In this document: positions 1 to 9,573 of the stretch, piece by piece
Position numbering within the stretch: position 1 is the stretch's first letter
Layout: every line of letters begins with the position of its first letter
Assembly (NCBI RefSeq): GCF_000829235.1
Contig: NZ_AP012549.1
Location: 2,340,001 to 2,372,000 of the forward strand
Length of the DNA: 32,000 bases
Source: a cyanobacterium endosymbiont of Epithemia turgida isolate EtSB Lake Yunoko
GTDB taxonomy: Bacteria > Cyanobacteriota > Cyanobacteriia > Cyanobacteriales > Microcystaceae
Reading direction: 5' to 3'
Translations under genes and position numbers: made by a program
Notes under the pieces: generated by a model
The model's input: the letters and a program-made list of their open reading frames with translations, nothing else
What the model was told of the DNA's origin: nothing
Database searches by the model: none

Positions 1-1
1 T

Positions 2-406
2 AGCTCAGAAAACCTCTTTTTCAAAGAAAGTAAATCTTGGAATGGACAGACAGGAACTTATCAAATACCACAGCATATAAATCCTGGAGAGTTAGTTACC
101 TTTGATGTCAGAAAAGATTCCCTTGGAAAAAATAAAGGAGTTGTAATCTACCAAATAATGGATCACTATCGCCAAGATTATTTACTGATAATAGGCTGGT
201 CATATCTTAATAGTGTTAAGCTGATAAATCACGCTTTTATTAAACTTATGTTAATAAAAGATTACCAACAAACAAATTTTAAAAAAATTCAAAATTGGAT
301 TGATAATAGTAAAAGTCAATCTTGTTCAATTGTTAATAGATATTCAGCTTGCGCTAAAGCGATCACAAAAGGAAGTCTTCCCCTATGGGTTAATTGTCTT
401 CATTGA
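2..406 (+). CDS. 3' portion of a hypothetical protein running off the left edge; possibly aegerolysin-like beta-sandwich
   Basis: Frame 2 is open from nt 2 to TGA 404-406, so the listed ORF 158..406 is only its Met-initiated tail. The spacing W-N-G ... I-N-P-G-E ... F-D-V ... G-K-N-K-G-V-V-I-Y ... L-L-I-I-G-W-S resembles aegerolysin family conserved positions. The family call is by eye only. Confidence 0.5.
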   Translation, partial: SSENLFFKESKSWNGQTGTYQIPQHINPGELVTFDVRKDSLGKNKGVVIYQIMDHYRQDYLLIIGWSYLNSVKLINHAFIKLMLIKDYQQTNFKKIQNWIDNSKSQSCSIVNRYSACAKAITKGSLPLWVNCLH

Positions 407-713
407 ATTCTATGTTAAGATATTTTTTAAAACGTTTTTTATTATTATAGCTAACTGAATCTAATTATCTTCTCAAACTATTTAAATATCTTCTCAAACT
501 TCTCATAGTAACTGTTGAGTGTTTTTATGATTAGCTTTTTTTAAAATTTGTATCAAGTTGACAAATATCACTATTTTTTGATTAAAAGGAACGAAGTTTT
601 TAGTTTAAACACTACAATTAATCCCTATTCAAAGCCAAGTAGCAAAATATTTAAACTTGTTAAACAAAAAATTATATTCTTTTCACTTAAATGAGTTTCT
701 GCTTGACGGATAA

Positions 714-893
714 TCACATTAATATCAACACAAAACTCATAAGTATACTCTCTCGTACAAACCTGATTTTATTAGTAAATGTTAGCAATGATGCTCGTTC
801 TATAGTCTCACTAAATTTGTAATACTGGATAACAGTATCATCACCATAATCAACACCGTCGTGATATTTATAACCTCCTAAAATATTTAACAA
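714..893 (-). CDS. possible small ORF (59 aa, TTG start) or gene remnant just downstream of the GntR gene
   Basis: Open frame MLNILGGYKYHDGVDYGDDTVIQYYKFSETIERASLLTFTNKIRFVRESILMSFVLILM, ending at TGA 716-714. It is less AT-skewed than the flanks and sits just below the 60-aa track cutoff. No family recognised. Confidence 0.2.
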   Translation of the reverse strand: MLNILGGYKYHDGVDYGDDTVIQYYKFSETIERASLLTFTNKIRFVRESILMSFVLILM

Positions 894-954
894 TTCTCAA
901 TATATACAAATTTGATCACTACGTGTCCTAATCAATATAGTTAGTAAGCATTAA

Positions 955-1953
955 TTATTCCTTCCCTAATCCTAATTCCAGTTTGAGTAACTGAATTGAT
1001 TTATCTCCAATGTAATTTTCAGAACAAATGACATGAGGGGGACGAATGATGTCATCTCTAATAGCTCGAATAGCTTGTTTAACAATAGGATAACTAGCGG
1101 GATCACTAATAATTGTTTGGGCTGAACGAACTAATCCCCTAAGTTTAACATGGTCGCTTGCCTGAGCTGAAATTAATAATAAATCATCTCCCCGCAAGCT
1201 ATGAATAAGGATTTCTGCTACAGTTAATATCCCTGGACTGAGACTAACAATCCCTAAACGGGTGTCTAAAGGCAAATCCTTAATAATAGTTAGTTCTTGA
1301 CTGTAATCATAAATATTTAGAGGGATAACCCGGATGGCAAACGGAGACGCAATAGATTCGGCATCAGCAAAAAAATAGCTACTTGTAACTACGGTTCCTG
1401 ATTTAGTTTCAATTAGAACCTGAGCTAATTCTTCGAGAGGAACTAATTGTACGGGAATCGCTAAAGCTTTTTCTAGTTCTTGTAATATCAACTCCCCTGC
1501 TCCTAAATCTTTAGTAGGAACTGTGACCAATACCTGCGCACTACAACGTAAACGCCAATCAAGAGCTGCTAGAAATAATTCCTTAACCTGAGAAATTGTT
1601 AATCCTTGCCACAACAACTCATCAAGGCTTTTTTGAACTAACTGACTAGCTTCAGGATATTGATCAAATACAGGAAAAGCAGGGAGTGTTCCCCCTTCAT
1701 TTCCTTGAACCTTAACGTAGATACCTGAGCCAGCAATAGATTCTACTAGACTAGCTTCCTCCAATTGTTGATAGACTTTACTAATTGTGTTGCGATGAAG
1801 TCCTGTGATAGTAGCTAATTGTCGCGTACTGGGTAAGCGATGGCCCGGAGGGTATTGACGAGAAGCAATAGAAAAGCGAATTTGGTCAAATAACTGCTTA
1901 GAAGAGGGTATATCACTATCAGACTGTATTTGAAATTGAAGCATGTCAACCAA
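955..1953 (-). CDS. plmA: GntR-family transcriptional regulator, PlmA-like (cyanobacterial subfamily)
   Basis: N-terminal winged HTH PPGHRLPSTRQLATITGLHRNTISKVYQQLEEASLVESIAGSGIYV, followed by a ~250-aa C-terminal domain as in the PlmA subfamily. The likely true start is the ATG at 1944 (MLQFQIQ...). Confidence 0.85.
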   Translation of the reverse strand: MVDMLQFQIQSDSDIPSSKQLFDQIRFSIASRQYPPGHRLPSTRQLATITGLHRNTISKVYQQLEEASLVESIAGSGIYVKVQGNEGGTLPAFPVFDQYPEASQLVQKSLDELLWQGLTISQVKELFLAALDWRLRCSAQVLVTVPTKDLGAGELILQELEKALAIPVQLVPLEELAQVLIETKSGTVVTSSYFFADAESIASPFAIRVIPLNIYDYSQELTIIKDLPLDTRLGIVSLSPGILTVAEILIHSLRGDDLLLISAQASDHVKLRGLVRSAQTIISDPASYPIVKQAIRAIRDDIIRPPHVICSENYIGDKSIQLLKLELGLGKE

Positions 1954-2050
1954 GTCGAGGTAAAAGTCAACAAGACAGCAAGACTTTAGATGTTATTTTA
2001 TCGTGAACAGTTCCGCGGAAATATTATTAACGGAATATAAAGGCTAACAT

Positions 2051-2081
2051 TACATATATATATGTATATATGTATATATAT
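2051..2081. repeat. 31-nt strictly alternating pyrimidine-purine tract (TA/CA/TG)
   Basis: tacatatatatatgtatatatgtatatatat, located in the divergent intergenic region between the GntR gene and the RNase III-like gene. Confidence 0.8.
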
Positions 2082-2135
2082 TTAGAATTATATTAGAATC
2101 TTAGAAAATAAAAATGAGTTTGGATACTATCAAAT

Positions 2136-3128
2136 ATGGACTGGAAACCTGCTTACCTCGAAGATAAAATTGGTGTTCACTTCAAAAATAGTGATCTTCT
2201 TTTTGAGTCTCTGATTCATCCGTCTTATGCTCAACAAATCAACCGATCTGAAAATAACAATGAGCGGCTAGAATATTTAGGGGAAAAAATTCTGGAGTTT
2301 ATTATTACAAATTATCTCTATCAAAACTGTTCTTATCTAGCAGTAAGCAAACTAATTACTTTGCGTAATAAATTAGAAGAAAAAGAAAAGTTAACTGACC
2401 TTTGGTTTAAATTAGGGTTAGGAGAAGGCTTCCCTTTTTTGGCTATAAAAGATGAACGATATCACCTCCGTATTAAGCCGAATAATCCTTTTGAAAAAGC
2501 TCTCAAAGCATTAGTAGGAGCCATACATCTTGACAGAGGTTTGTCTCAGACCTATAATTGGGTTCAAAAACAGTTAATCGCTCCATTATTAGCCCGTCAC
2601 TTAAAAAACATTAAACACAGATTAGAGCCCAAGAAACAACTTCAATTTTTAGGAGATGCTCTATTTAAGGCAATAGTTGCTGACTATTTGTATCGACTTT
2701 TTCCTTATGTTAATCCTTGTTTTTTAAGTAAAATTACCAAAAAGTTAGTCATTAAGGAACAACAAAATAACTACATTAATCAACTGACTCCAGAAGATTG
2801 GACAATCATTGATACTGAAAACGAAAACATAGATAAAAAATCATTTACTAGCTTGTTAGCTGCTATCTATCTTCACTTTGATCAGCAAAACAGTAAAATA
2901 AGCTTTCGAGAAACAGGTAATTGGTGGTTTAATAGATGTATTGATGAAGACGAAATTTGGCGTGAATTAATTATTTTACTCATCAAGGATGGGGTCACTC
3001 AAAAATGGATTATTCGTCAGGTAATGGGATATGAAAGTAAATATTATGACAAAGGTCGTGAACGTTTTCATGAACTAATTAAATCTTCAAAAATCGATAA
3101 TGGAATAATAATAGATGATCACTACTAA
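2136..3128 (+). CDS. protein with two tandem RNase III-like domains, catalytic residues largely substituted, no recognisable dsRBD
   Basis: aa 43-50 ERLEYLGE matches the RNase III signature ERLEFLGD, and LKALVGAIHLD matches EALIGGVFLD. A second copy is at aa 167-174 (KQLQFLGD) and aa 240-248 (LLAAIYLHFD). Confidence 0.75.
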   Translation: MDWKPAYLEDKIGVHFKNSDLLFESLIHPSYAQQINRSENNNERLEYLGEKILEFIITNYLYQNCSYLAVSKLITLRNKLEEKEKLTDLWFKLGLGEGFPFLAIKDERYHLRIKPNNPFEKALKALVGAIHLDRGLSQTYNWVQKQLIAPLLARHLKNIKHRLEPKKQLQFLGDALFKAIVADYLYRLFPYVNPCFLSKITKKLVIKEQQNNYINQLTPEDWTIIDTENENIDKKSFTSLLAAIYLHFDQQNSKISFRETGNWWFNRCIDEDEIWRELIILLIKDGVTQKWIIRQVMGYESKYYDKGRERFHELIKSSKIDNGIIIDDHY

Positions 3129-3591
3129 TAGAATAACTAAAAAATTTGATATTTATATTGCTGGAAATCAAGTCGAGTTCTAAATATGAATAAAAAACTC
3201 ATTTGTTATAAATTTGGGGTAAAGACGACTCTAACTTGAATGTTATCTATAGAAAAATAGCTCACTACAAGAGTGATTTATATTGACGGCGATCACTTAT
3301 TAGACATAATAATAGTAACTTCCGTTAAAAAAATGATATATTTTGCTAAAAATTTATTTTTTTCGGATAACTCAAATATTTGTAACTATTTGGACTATTT
3401 TATTAAACTTTAATTTTTTTATAACTTTGCTATATTACAAATATTTATCTTAGCTTTTAAATTATTGTTGATTGCTGTGTCAAGTACTTATTGCTAGATT
3501 TAAACATTGAGCAATATATAGTCATAAAAATAACTATAATTACTGTCATTAGTAGATTAGTTTAAATTTAGTTTAAGGAGATATAATTTTT

Positions 3592-3756
3592 TTGATAATT
3601 GCAGTTTTATTAAATTTATATATTATTTTTACTTACTTAATATTAGCAATCATCATTGTTGTATTTTTTAAAAAATCGGGACTTATTTTAGGTGTAAAGA
3701 CAATTCAAACATCTATATTAGTTGTTGATATATATTTTATATATATCAACAACTAA
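3592..3756 (+). CDS. candidate small hydrophobic peptide (54 aa, TTG start)
   Basis: AAGGAG at 3575-3580 lies 11 nt before TTG 3592. The product is (M)IIAVLLNLYIIFTYLILAIIIVVFFKKSGLILGVKTIQTSILVVDIYFIYINN. The stop TAA 3754-3756 is embedded in a perfect hairpin. AT-driven codon bias could create such an ORF by chance. Confidence 0.25.
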   Translation: MIIAVLLNLYIIFTYLILAIIIVVFFKKSGLILGVKTIQTSILVVDIYFIYINN

Positions 3757-3757
3757 T
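3717..3757 (+). terminator. intrinsic-terminator-like hairpin (19-bp perfect stem, 3-nt loop) followed by a T-rich tail
   Basis: attagttgttgatatatat-ttt-atatatatcaacaactaat, followed by tggtttatttttt. Confidence 0.5.
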
Positions 3758-5241
3758 TGGTTTATTTTTTCTAATTTTTCTTATATCTTGAGCAAAATTA
3801 GCTATTTAATCTAAAGTTATTTTTCGATAAAAGTTAACATTTAATGACTCTTAAAATTAATTAAGTATGTCAAAAAAAAATAAAAGGATTTAAGATAAAA
3901 ATAATTTTGTAAATCAAAAATATAATTGTGGACGGTTCATAAGGTATAAAATATATAAATATGATACTATTTTTAACCAAGAATGTATTAAATTTATAGG
4001 TATAAAGTAGGTTAAGCCATATGAATTATTTCAAAAATCAGAAAATTTAGTTTATACCTATCTTTATAGATAATTTTATCTGTATATACTTTAGATTTTT
4101 TTTTATTCTTTATACTAGGATATAAGTGACATTACTTGAATTTTTGAAAAAATATATTTCATTATGACTGAAATATATTTACAGATTACCTAGAAAATTA
4201 TATCCCCAGAAGAAAACTAATTTTAATTTAGTCATTTAAGTTGTGTTTTCTTGGTTAATTTGAGTAAATAAATTCTAATCTATAGGATTTTTTATTATCG
4301 CTTTTTTTAGAGTTATAAGTATTGCTATTTGTGTAAAATTTATCGCAAAAACATAATTATTAATAATAATTTTCAAGAGCAACTTATAGTATTGCTACAA
4401 TTATAAAATATTAGTTTGACAAAGTTAAAATCATAATTTAAATAATTAAAATTAAAGTAAAAATATGACAAAGCTGACAATTATACGAAACAGTAACTAC
4501 TAACAACAAAGATAGTTTGACTTTTTACCTAAAATTGAGATGAAATTTTTAAGGCAAATAGTAATAAACTATCAGTCAAATAACAAAAATTAAACCATTT
4601 TTTTAAAAAATTTTTTAGTCTTAAATATATTATAAGTTATTTGTAATTATTTTAATGCAAAAACACTGACTCAATTAAATATTGTTAATAATTTTTACCA
4701 ACCTTTAGTTTATGATGTTGATTATGAGTAATTAAATGAAGTCTTTATTGATAACATTTTATAAAAAGTTATTTAGTTATAGGCTCCAATCTCTAAATAA
4801 TTCATTAATTAAATTTCATGTAAATTCAGACATAGACTTACAATCATCTATTTGGCCTAAAATAAACTAAAAAATTAATTAGCATAGAGTTTCTGCTTTC
4901 CTTTCTTTTTATAACTTGTCGTCAAGCTAAAGTTTTACTAGGATAATAAAAACAAATCTACTACAATTAGTATAATAAAAATCAGATAGACTTTTATTGT
5001 CCTAATTTAGGATTCCTAATAACAAATAAACTATATTATAAATAATTTTTAATTAGTGTTTTTAAGACGTTAATATTAATGACTATATGTACCGAATTTA
5101 GCCGGAATAAAAAGACAAGGATGAAAAGCACAGATTAATATGTAATTTTTTCCTTGTCTCAACAGCTACAACTGGTCAGGCTTTATGTTCATTTTTAATG
5201 ACACTTAAAGGATATGAACTGGTTGTTAATATTTTTTTTGT

Positions 5242-5625
5242 CTACTTAAATATGTTTTTAAACCATTTAACTAGATTTTTAAACCATTTAACTAGGGGAT
5301 AAGTAGATTCCGGTTCTGAAGTTGAAGTATGTTCGTCAGTTAGCTGCGCCGAAGTATTTTTAGGAGGTTCGATGGGAACCAGTTCTGATTTTCTTTGAAC
5401 TGTTACCAAAAACTGCCTTAACTTCTCTTCATTAGATACAGAAGCTTCTCTAGCTTGTTTAGCCTTTTGAGAAAAATTCACTTCCCCAATATAAGTTAGC
5501 CAGTTTTCTAAGTCTCCTCGGTTTAAGTAATTAATTCCCTCCTGGGGATAATCTTCACAGATTTTAATTAAATCTTCCACATTATTAGCCTGCCGACCAT
5601 TACTAAATTTAAAGGGTTCTGTCAT
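5242..5625 (-). CDS. hypothetical protein (127 aa)
   Basis: Intact ORF with normal, non-AT-skewed composition. The N-terminal block FKFSNGRQANNVEDLIKICEDYPQEGINYLNRGDLENWL resembles a domain recurrent in cyanobacterial hypotheticals. The C-terminus carries a duplicated LVKWFKN. Confidence 0.6.
   Translation of the reverse strand: MTEPFKFSNGRQANNVEDLIKICEDYPQEGINYLNRGDLENWLTYIGEVNFSQKAKQAREASVSNEEKLRQFLVTVQRKSELVPIEPPKNTSAQLTDEHTSTSEPESTYPLVKWFKNLVKWFKNIFK
5255..5296. repeat. 2 x 21-bp tandem duplication (20/21 identical), in frame at the 3' end of CDS 5242..5625
   Basis: tttttaaaccatttaactaga / tttttaaaccatttaactagg. Confidence 0.9.
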
Positions 5626-7520
5626 TGTTTTTTCCTAATCTACAAGGGAATGATAAATCTCACTGCTAATCTTAACGATTTTCCTGAAAATTAGTCATGG
5701 TAACATTTAGAAAAAACTCACAATTTCATCATTAAGTATTTAACTTAGGTTTAGAAAAAATAACAAGTCCATTATTAGATTATCTGTTTGTCCTCATAAA
5801 TTAAGTTTTTTTATTCTGTGGTACGTTACTTTAAACTCAAAACTCAACCAACCTCCGTATTAATTTGTCAATACAAAAGATTATGATTATCACACATAAA
5901 TATAATATTTACTATTTCACCATATTACGGGGTGGTTTTCTAATGGAGTAAAAATATGCAGCGATATGATGTCTCTAGAAATAGATCTATAAAAAAACAG
6001 GAAGAGAATCTTACTGTTTAACAAACATCGAGGAACTATTATTGCCCAATCATCCCCATTTTTAATGGGGATGAAATAAACCAATTCAGTCTCCATGACT
6101 AATGTTCTTCTCCAACTGAAATTTAACATTAGTTAATAGACATCACTGATTAATGTGTATCACATCGTTAATTATTTAGGTAACTAACTTAGGTAAAATG
6201 TATGCAGTTTAGGATACCATTGATAATCAGATTATGTTTTTAATCAAATGCTTCTTCGTTCATCTGATGTTTGGGAATATCGACATCGCTTAGTTAGTAA
6301 TATTTCTCAACCATTGATTGTTAGATTCCATTAATTCCCCTTGTTATTAAAACAAACAGTAATCGTATCAAATAAATTATCCTCAATATAATTGATAATT
6401 CAGTAGAATACTCCGGGTGTAACGACCTTATTAGTCTTAAACTCTATCAGTATCAGGTCCAAAAAACCGCAAAGTTACAAGCATACGACTACGGTAAGGA
6501 AGTTCCTCTATCAGATTAAGCTCGAATTTATGAGCGATTTTATCTGAGCGATAAAGTTAGAAGTAACACTTCTAGAAGAACTAGAATTAAACTCTCCACT
6601 ATTAGAACTTTGGTTGAAGGAATATGAGAAAATATTTAAGTAATTTCCAGAGTCAGTAGAAAAAAAATTTTTTACTGTTACTTTGTTTATCTTGTAGCAA
6701 CCAAAATTGTGATTAGTTAGTTTAATAATATTTCTAACTAGGTAGACTTAAATAAGTATAAGAGAAAAAAATATTTATAAAAAGCAAGTATTAGATACCA
6801 GTCTGCCTAAAGATTTAACTAACATAATCAGAATACTAAACACTATCAAAGTTAACTCAAAACCAAATTATTTTCCTAGGGACAAGAACAAAAGCATAAG
6901 ATTTATGTTTAAATATAGTAGAAATTCATGGAAAATACCTACTAGTAAAACTATTAAATAATACACATAAAAAGAAAATATATAGATATATAAAGCTGAA
7001 AAGTATTATTTTTTTATAATGAAATGACCAAGAATTTTGAGATATCTCATTTAAAATATTAGTGAAAACTAGAGTATTTGTACTATTATAGAAATAATAT
7101 ATAAACAGTTATCTTACTTAATGGTTAAGAATTATTTAATATTAAATATTTATCTGGATATAGTCAAAGTTTTCTTCATAAAATTGCTCAATAAATTAAA
7201 TTGTTTTCCTTTACTTCCATAGACTATTTGAAGTAGATATGGGTCAGAGTTATAAACTATATTTATTAAATTTAGTTGGGTCAACAGCATTGTTTTCTAC
7301 AACCCGAATTGATTCTTTAATTCCCAGAAGCTTGGTATTCTAATTCTAGAAGAAAGCGAGATATTATACTTTTGTCTGCAGCAAAAAATTACGCGCTCGG
7401 TAGTTACACGCCTCATCTAAAGTTATCTGATCTTGTTCTTGAAGATTCAGTAATGCTGTAGACTTGAGGTTCTAACTCCATTAATCAATAATCTATAACA
7501 ATTGATTTGCAATTACTTTT

Positions 7521-8265
7521 CTCAAGCTTGCTGTCTACTTTATTGGTGCCGGACCGGGTGATCCAAACTTATTAACTCTCAAAGCACATAAAATTATTAC
7601 TCAAGCTGATGTTATCTTCTACGCAGACTCCCTAATCACTAAACAAATTTTACAAGATGTGCGTCCTGATCCTCAATTAATCTCTACAGGTAGCAAAACT
7701 CTAGAGGAAATCATGACCTTGACTCAACAACAGCTAAAGAATAATTATGCCGTCGTTCGTCTGTATTCTGGGGATGTAACTATTTATAGTGCCATTCATG
7801 AACAAATACGGACTTGAGCAGAAAAAACATTCCTTTCAAATTAATCCTTGGAATTAGTGCCTTTCAAGCAGTAGCCGCTAAGTTAGGGACAGAATTAACT
7901 ATCCCTGATCTAGTACAGACTATCATCTTAACCCGTATTAGTGGTTGTGTCTCAGCCGTTCCTGAAGCTGAAGAATTAGCCAGTTTATGCTTATATTTGT
8001 CTGCTCGTCACATCGAAACAGCCCAAGAAAACTAGACCATTATCCCTCTAATACCCCCATAGCAGTGTGTTTTCCTATTGGGTGTGGATGGACAGACGAG
8101 AAAATTTGCTTGGTTCCTCTAGAAAAAATGGCACAAGTTACGCGGGAAGAAAAGTGAATCCGAACTACCCTTTGTCTAATTAGTCCAGCATTAAACCCTA
8201 GTGTTTCAAGTCGATATCGTCTTTATCATCCTCAACATTCACACTTATTTAGTCCACAAATATAG
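7521..8265 (+). pseudogene. cobM: precorrin-4 C11-methyltransferase (CobM/CbiF-type) pseudogene
   Basis: Three frame segments were read. Segment 1: VYFIGAGPGDPNLLTLKAHKIITQADVIFYADSL...VVRLYSGDVTIYSAIHEQIR, ending at TGA 7815-7817. Segment 2 is ORF 7814..8035: NIPFKLILGISAFQAVAAKLGTELTIPDLVQTIILTR. Segment 3 (8041-8265): YPSNTPIAVCFPIGCGWTDEKICLVPLEKMAQVTREEK*IRTTLCLISPAL, with an in-frame TGA at 8155-8157. No start codon lies between the upstream TGA (7503-7505) and the conserved N-terminus. Confidence 0.85.
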
Positions 8266-8313
8266 AGAAAAATAGTATTAAAATGAAGGGTGCAACAAAA
8301 ATCTTTATAATCG

Positions 8314-9489
8314 TTGATAGCAAAGATTACCATGCAGGGTTTACTCAAACGCATCTGGCAGTGGATTCAACAATTCTTTGGACAGCTTTTTGAAAAACGA
8401 TCATCCAATATCAGTATTGATAGCAACTCGCAAGAGTCCAATCGTCCTCTGACAGATACGGATTACGAGTTTTTGTTTAGCCAGTTATTAGAAGGTATTG
8501 CTCACGGCTGGCACGAAGGGCGGGTTCTAAAATATTTTGAAGATTTGGGAAGACGAGGAAAATCAAAATCCTGGGTGGCTTGGTTAGAACGCTTTGGGGA
8601 CAAAGCTATAGCATCTTCAGCCCCTAATCTACAATTAGCCGCCAGGATGATGCGTTTAGGAGAGTTGGGCCAATCTTTTCGAGAAACCGAAATGATTGGC
8701 AAAAAGTCTTATGAGATTGGACGAAAAATCTATGGACAAGAAGCAGAAAGTGGAATTTGGGAATACGAAGGCCCTGATATCGATGAGCAAATTATCTCAA
8801 AAGATGCTTCCCAGGACAATAGTTCTTATTTCCGAACTGACTTCCCTGAGGAAGTCACTCGAACCTTAACTATAGAAGAATTGCGTGAGCGTTTACAGCA
8901 AGATCCAACCTTAGCCAAACAACTCGCTCCTCAACTGGGAATGGAATCGAATAATCCTGAACAACTAATTGAGACCTTACTTGAGCGGTTTCAAAACGAA
9001 GCCGCTAAGCCTAAACAAATTAACTCTCCTCAAACAGAACAAGAATGGTTTAATCAAGGATTGCAACAAGCTAATCAAGGGGATTTAGAAGGGGCCATCG
9101 CTAGTTGGGATAAAGCTTTAGAAATTAATCCTTTCCTCTCTCAAGGATGGCATAATCGCGGCAGCGCTTTGAGCAATTTAGGCCGATTACATGAGGCAAT
9201 CAACAGTTTTGATCGGGCAATTGTTCTCAATGCTGACGATCTTGAAGCTTGGAATTCTAAAGGAAATGCTCTATACAGACTAGAACAATGGGAAAAAGCA
9301 ATCACCTGTTGGGATAAAGGTTTAAAATTACAGCCAAACTACTATCAAGGTTGGTACAATCGTGGTAGTGCCTTGGATAAATTAGGCAAAATAAAAGAGG
9401 CGATCACTAGTTACCGTAAAGCATTAGAAATTGAACCCAGTTTTAGGCTAGCTCAATCTAGGCTTAATGAATTATCTGAGGAGAGTTAA
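8314..9489 (+). CDS. TPR-repeat protein
   Basis: The C-terminal third holds 3-4 tandem 34-aa TPR units (WFNQGLQQANQGDLEGAIASWDKALEINP, GWHNRGSALSNLGRLHEAINSFDRAI, AWNSKGNALYRLEQWEKAITCWDKGLKLQP, GWYNRGSALDKLGKIKEAITSYRKALEIEP). The ATG at 8332 is a likelier start. Confidence 0.8.
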   Translation: MIAKITMQGLLKRIWQWIQQFFGQLFEKRSSNISIDSNSQESNRPLTDTDYEFLFSQLLEGIAHGWHEGRVLKYFEDLGRRGKSKSWVAWLERFGDKAIASSAPNLQLAARMMRLGELGQSFRETEMIGKKSYEIGRKIYGQEAESGIWEYEGPDIDEQIISKDASQDNSSYFRTDFPEEVTRTLTIEELRERLQQDPTLAKQLAPQLGMESNNPEQLIETLLERFQNEAAKPKQINSPQTEQEWFNQGLQQANQGDLEGAIASWDKALEINPFLSQGWHNRGSALSNLGRLHEAINSFDRAIVLNADDLEAWNSKGNALYRLEQWEKAITCWDKGLKLQPNYYQGWYNRGSALDKLGKIKEAITSYRKALEIEPSFRLAQSRLNELSEES

Positions 9490-9573
9490 TAGTTGATATT
9501 TAAATCTATGAATGTTTGTCAGAACAGGTTATGATGACTTAGGTTGAACCTTTCAACAGTTTAGTTTACCTTC

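Noticed and set aside
5917-6129. 70-aa ORF on the minus strand, containing an 11-bp-stem hairpin at 6050-6074 (tcatccccatt/aatggggatga)
   Set aside because: No start context and no recognisable family. It is probably a chance ORF in a decayed region. The hairpin is real but lacks a U-tract on either strand.
7814-8035. Track ORFs 7814..8035, 10849..11076 and 30850..31053 as independent genes
   Set aside because: Each is an open fragment of a larger pseudogene (cobM, menB and ctaE respectively), not a stand-alone CDS.
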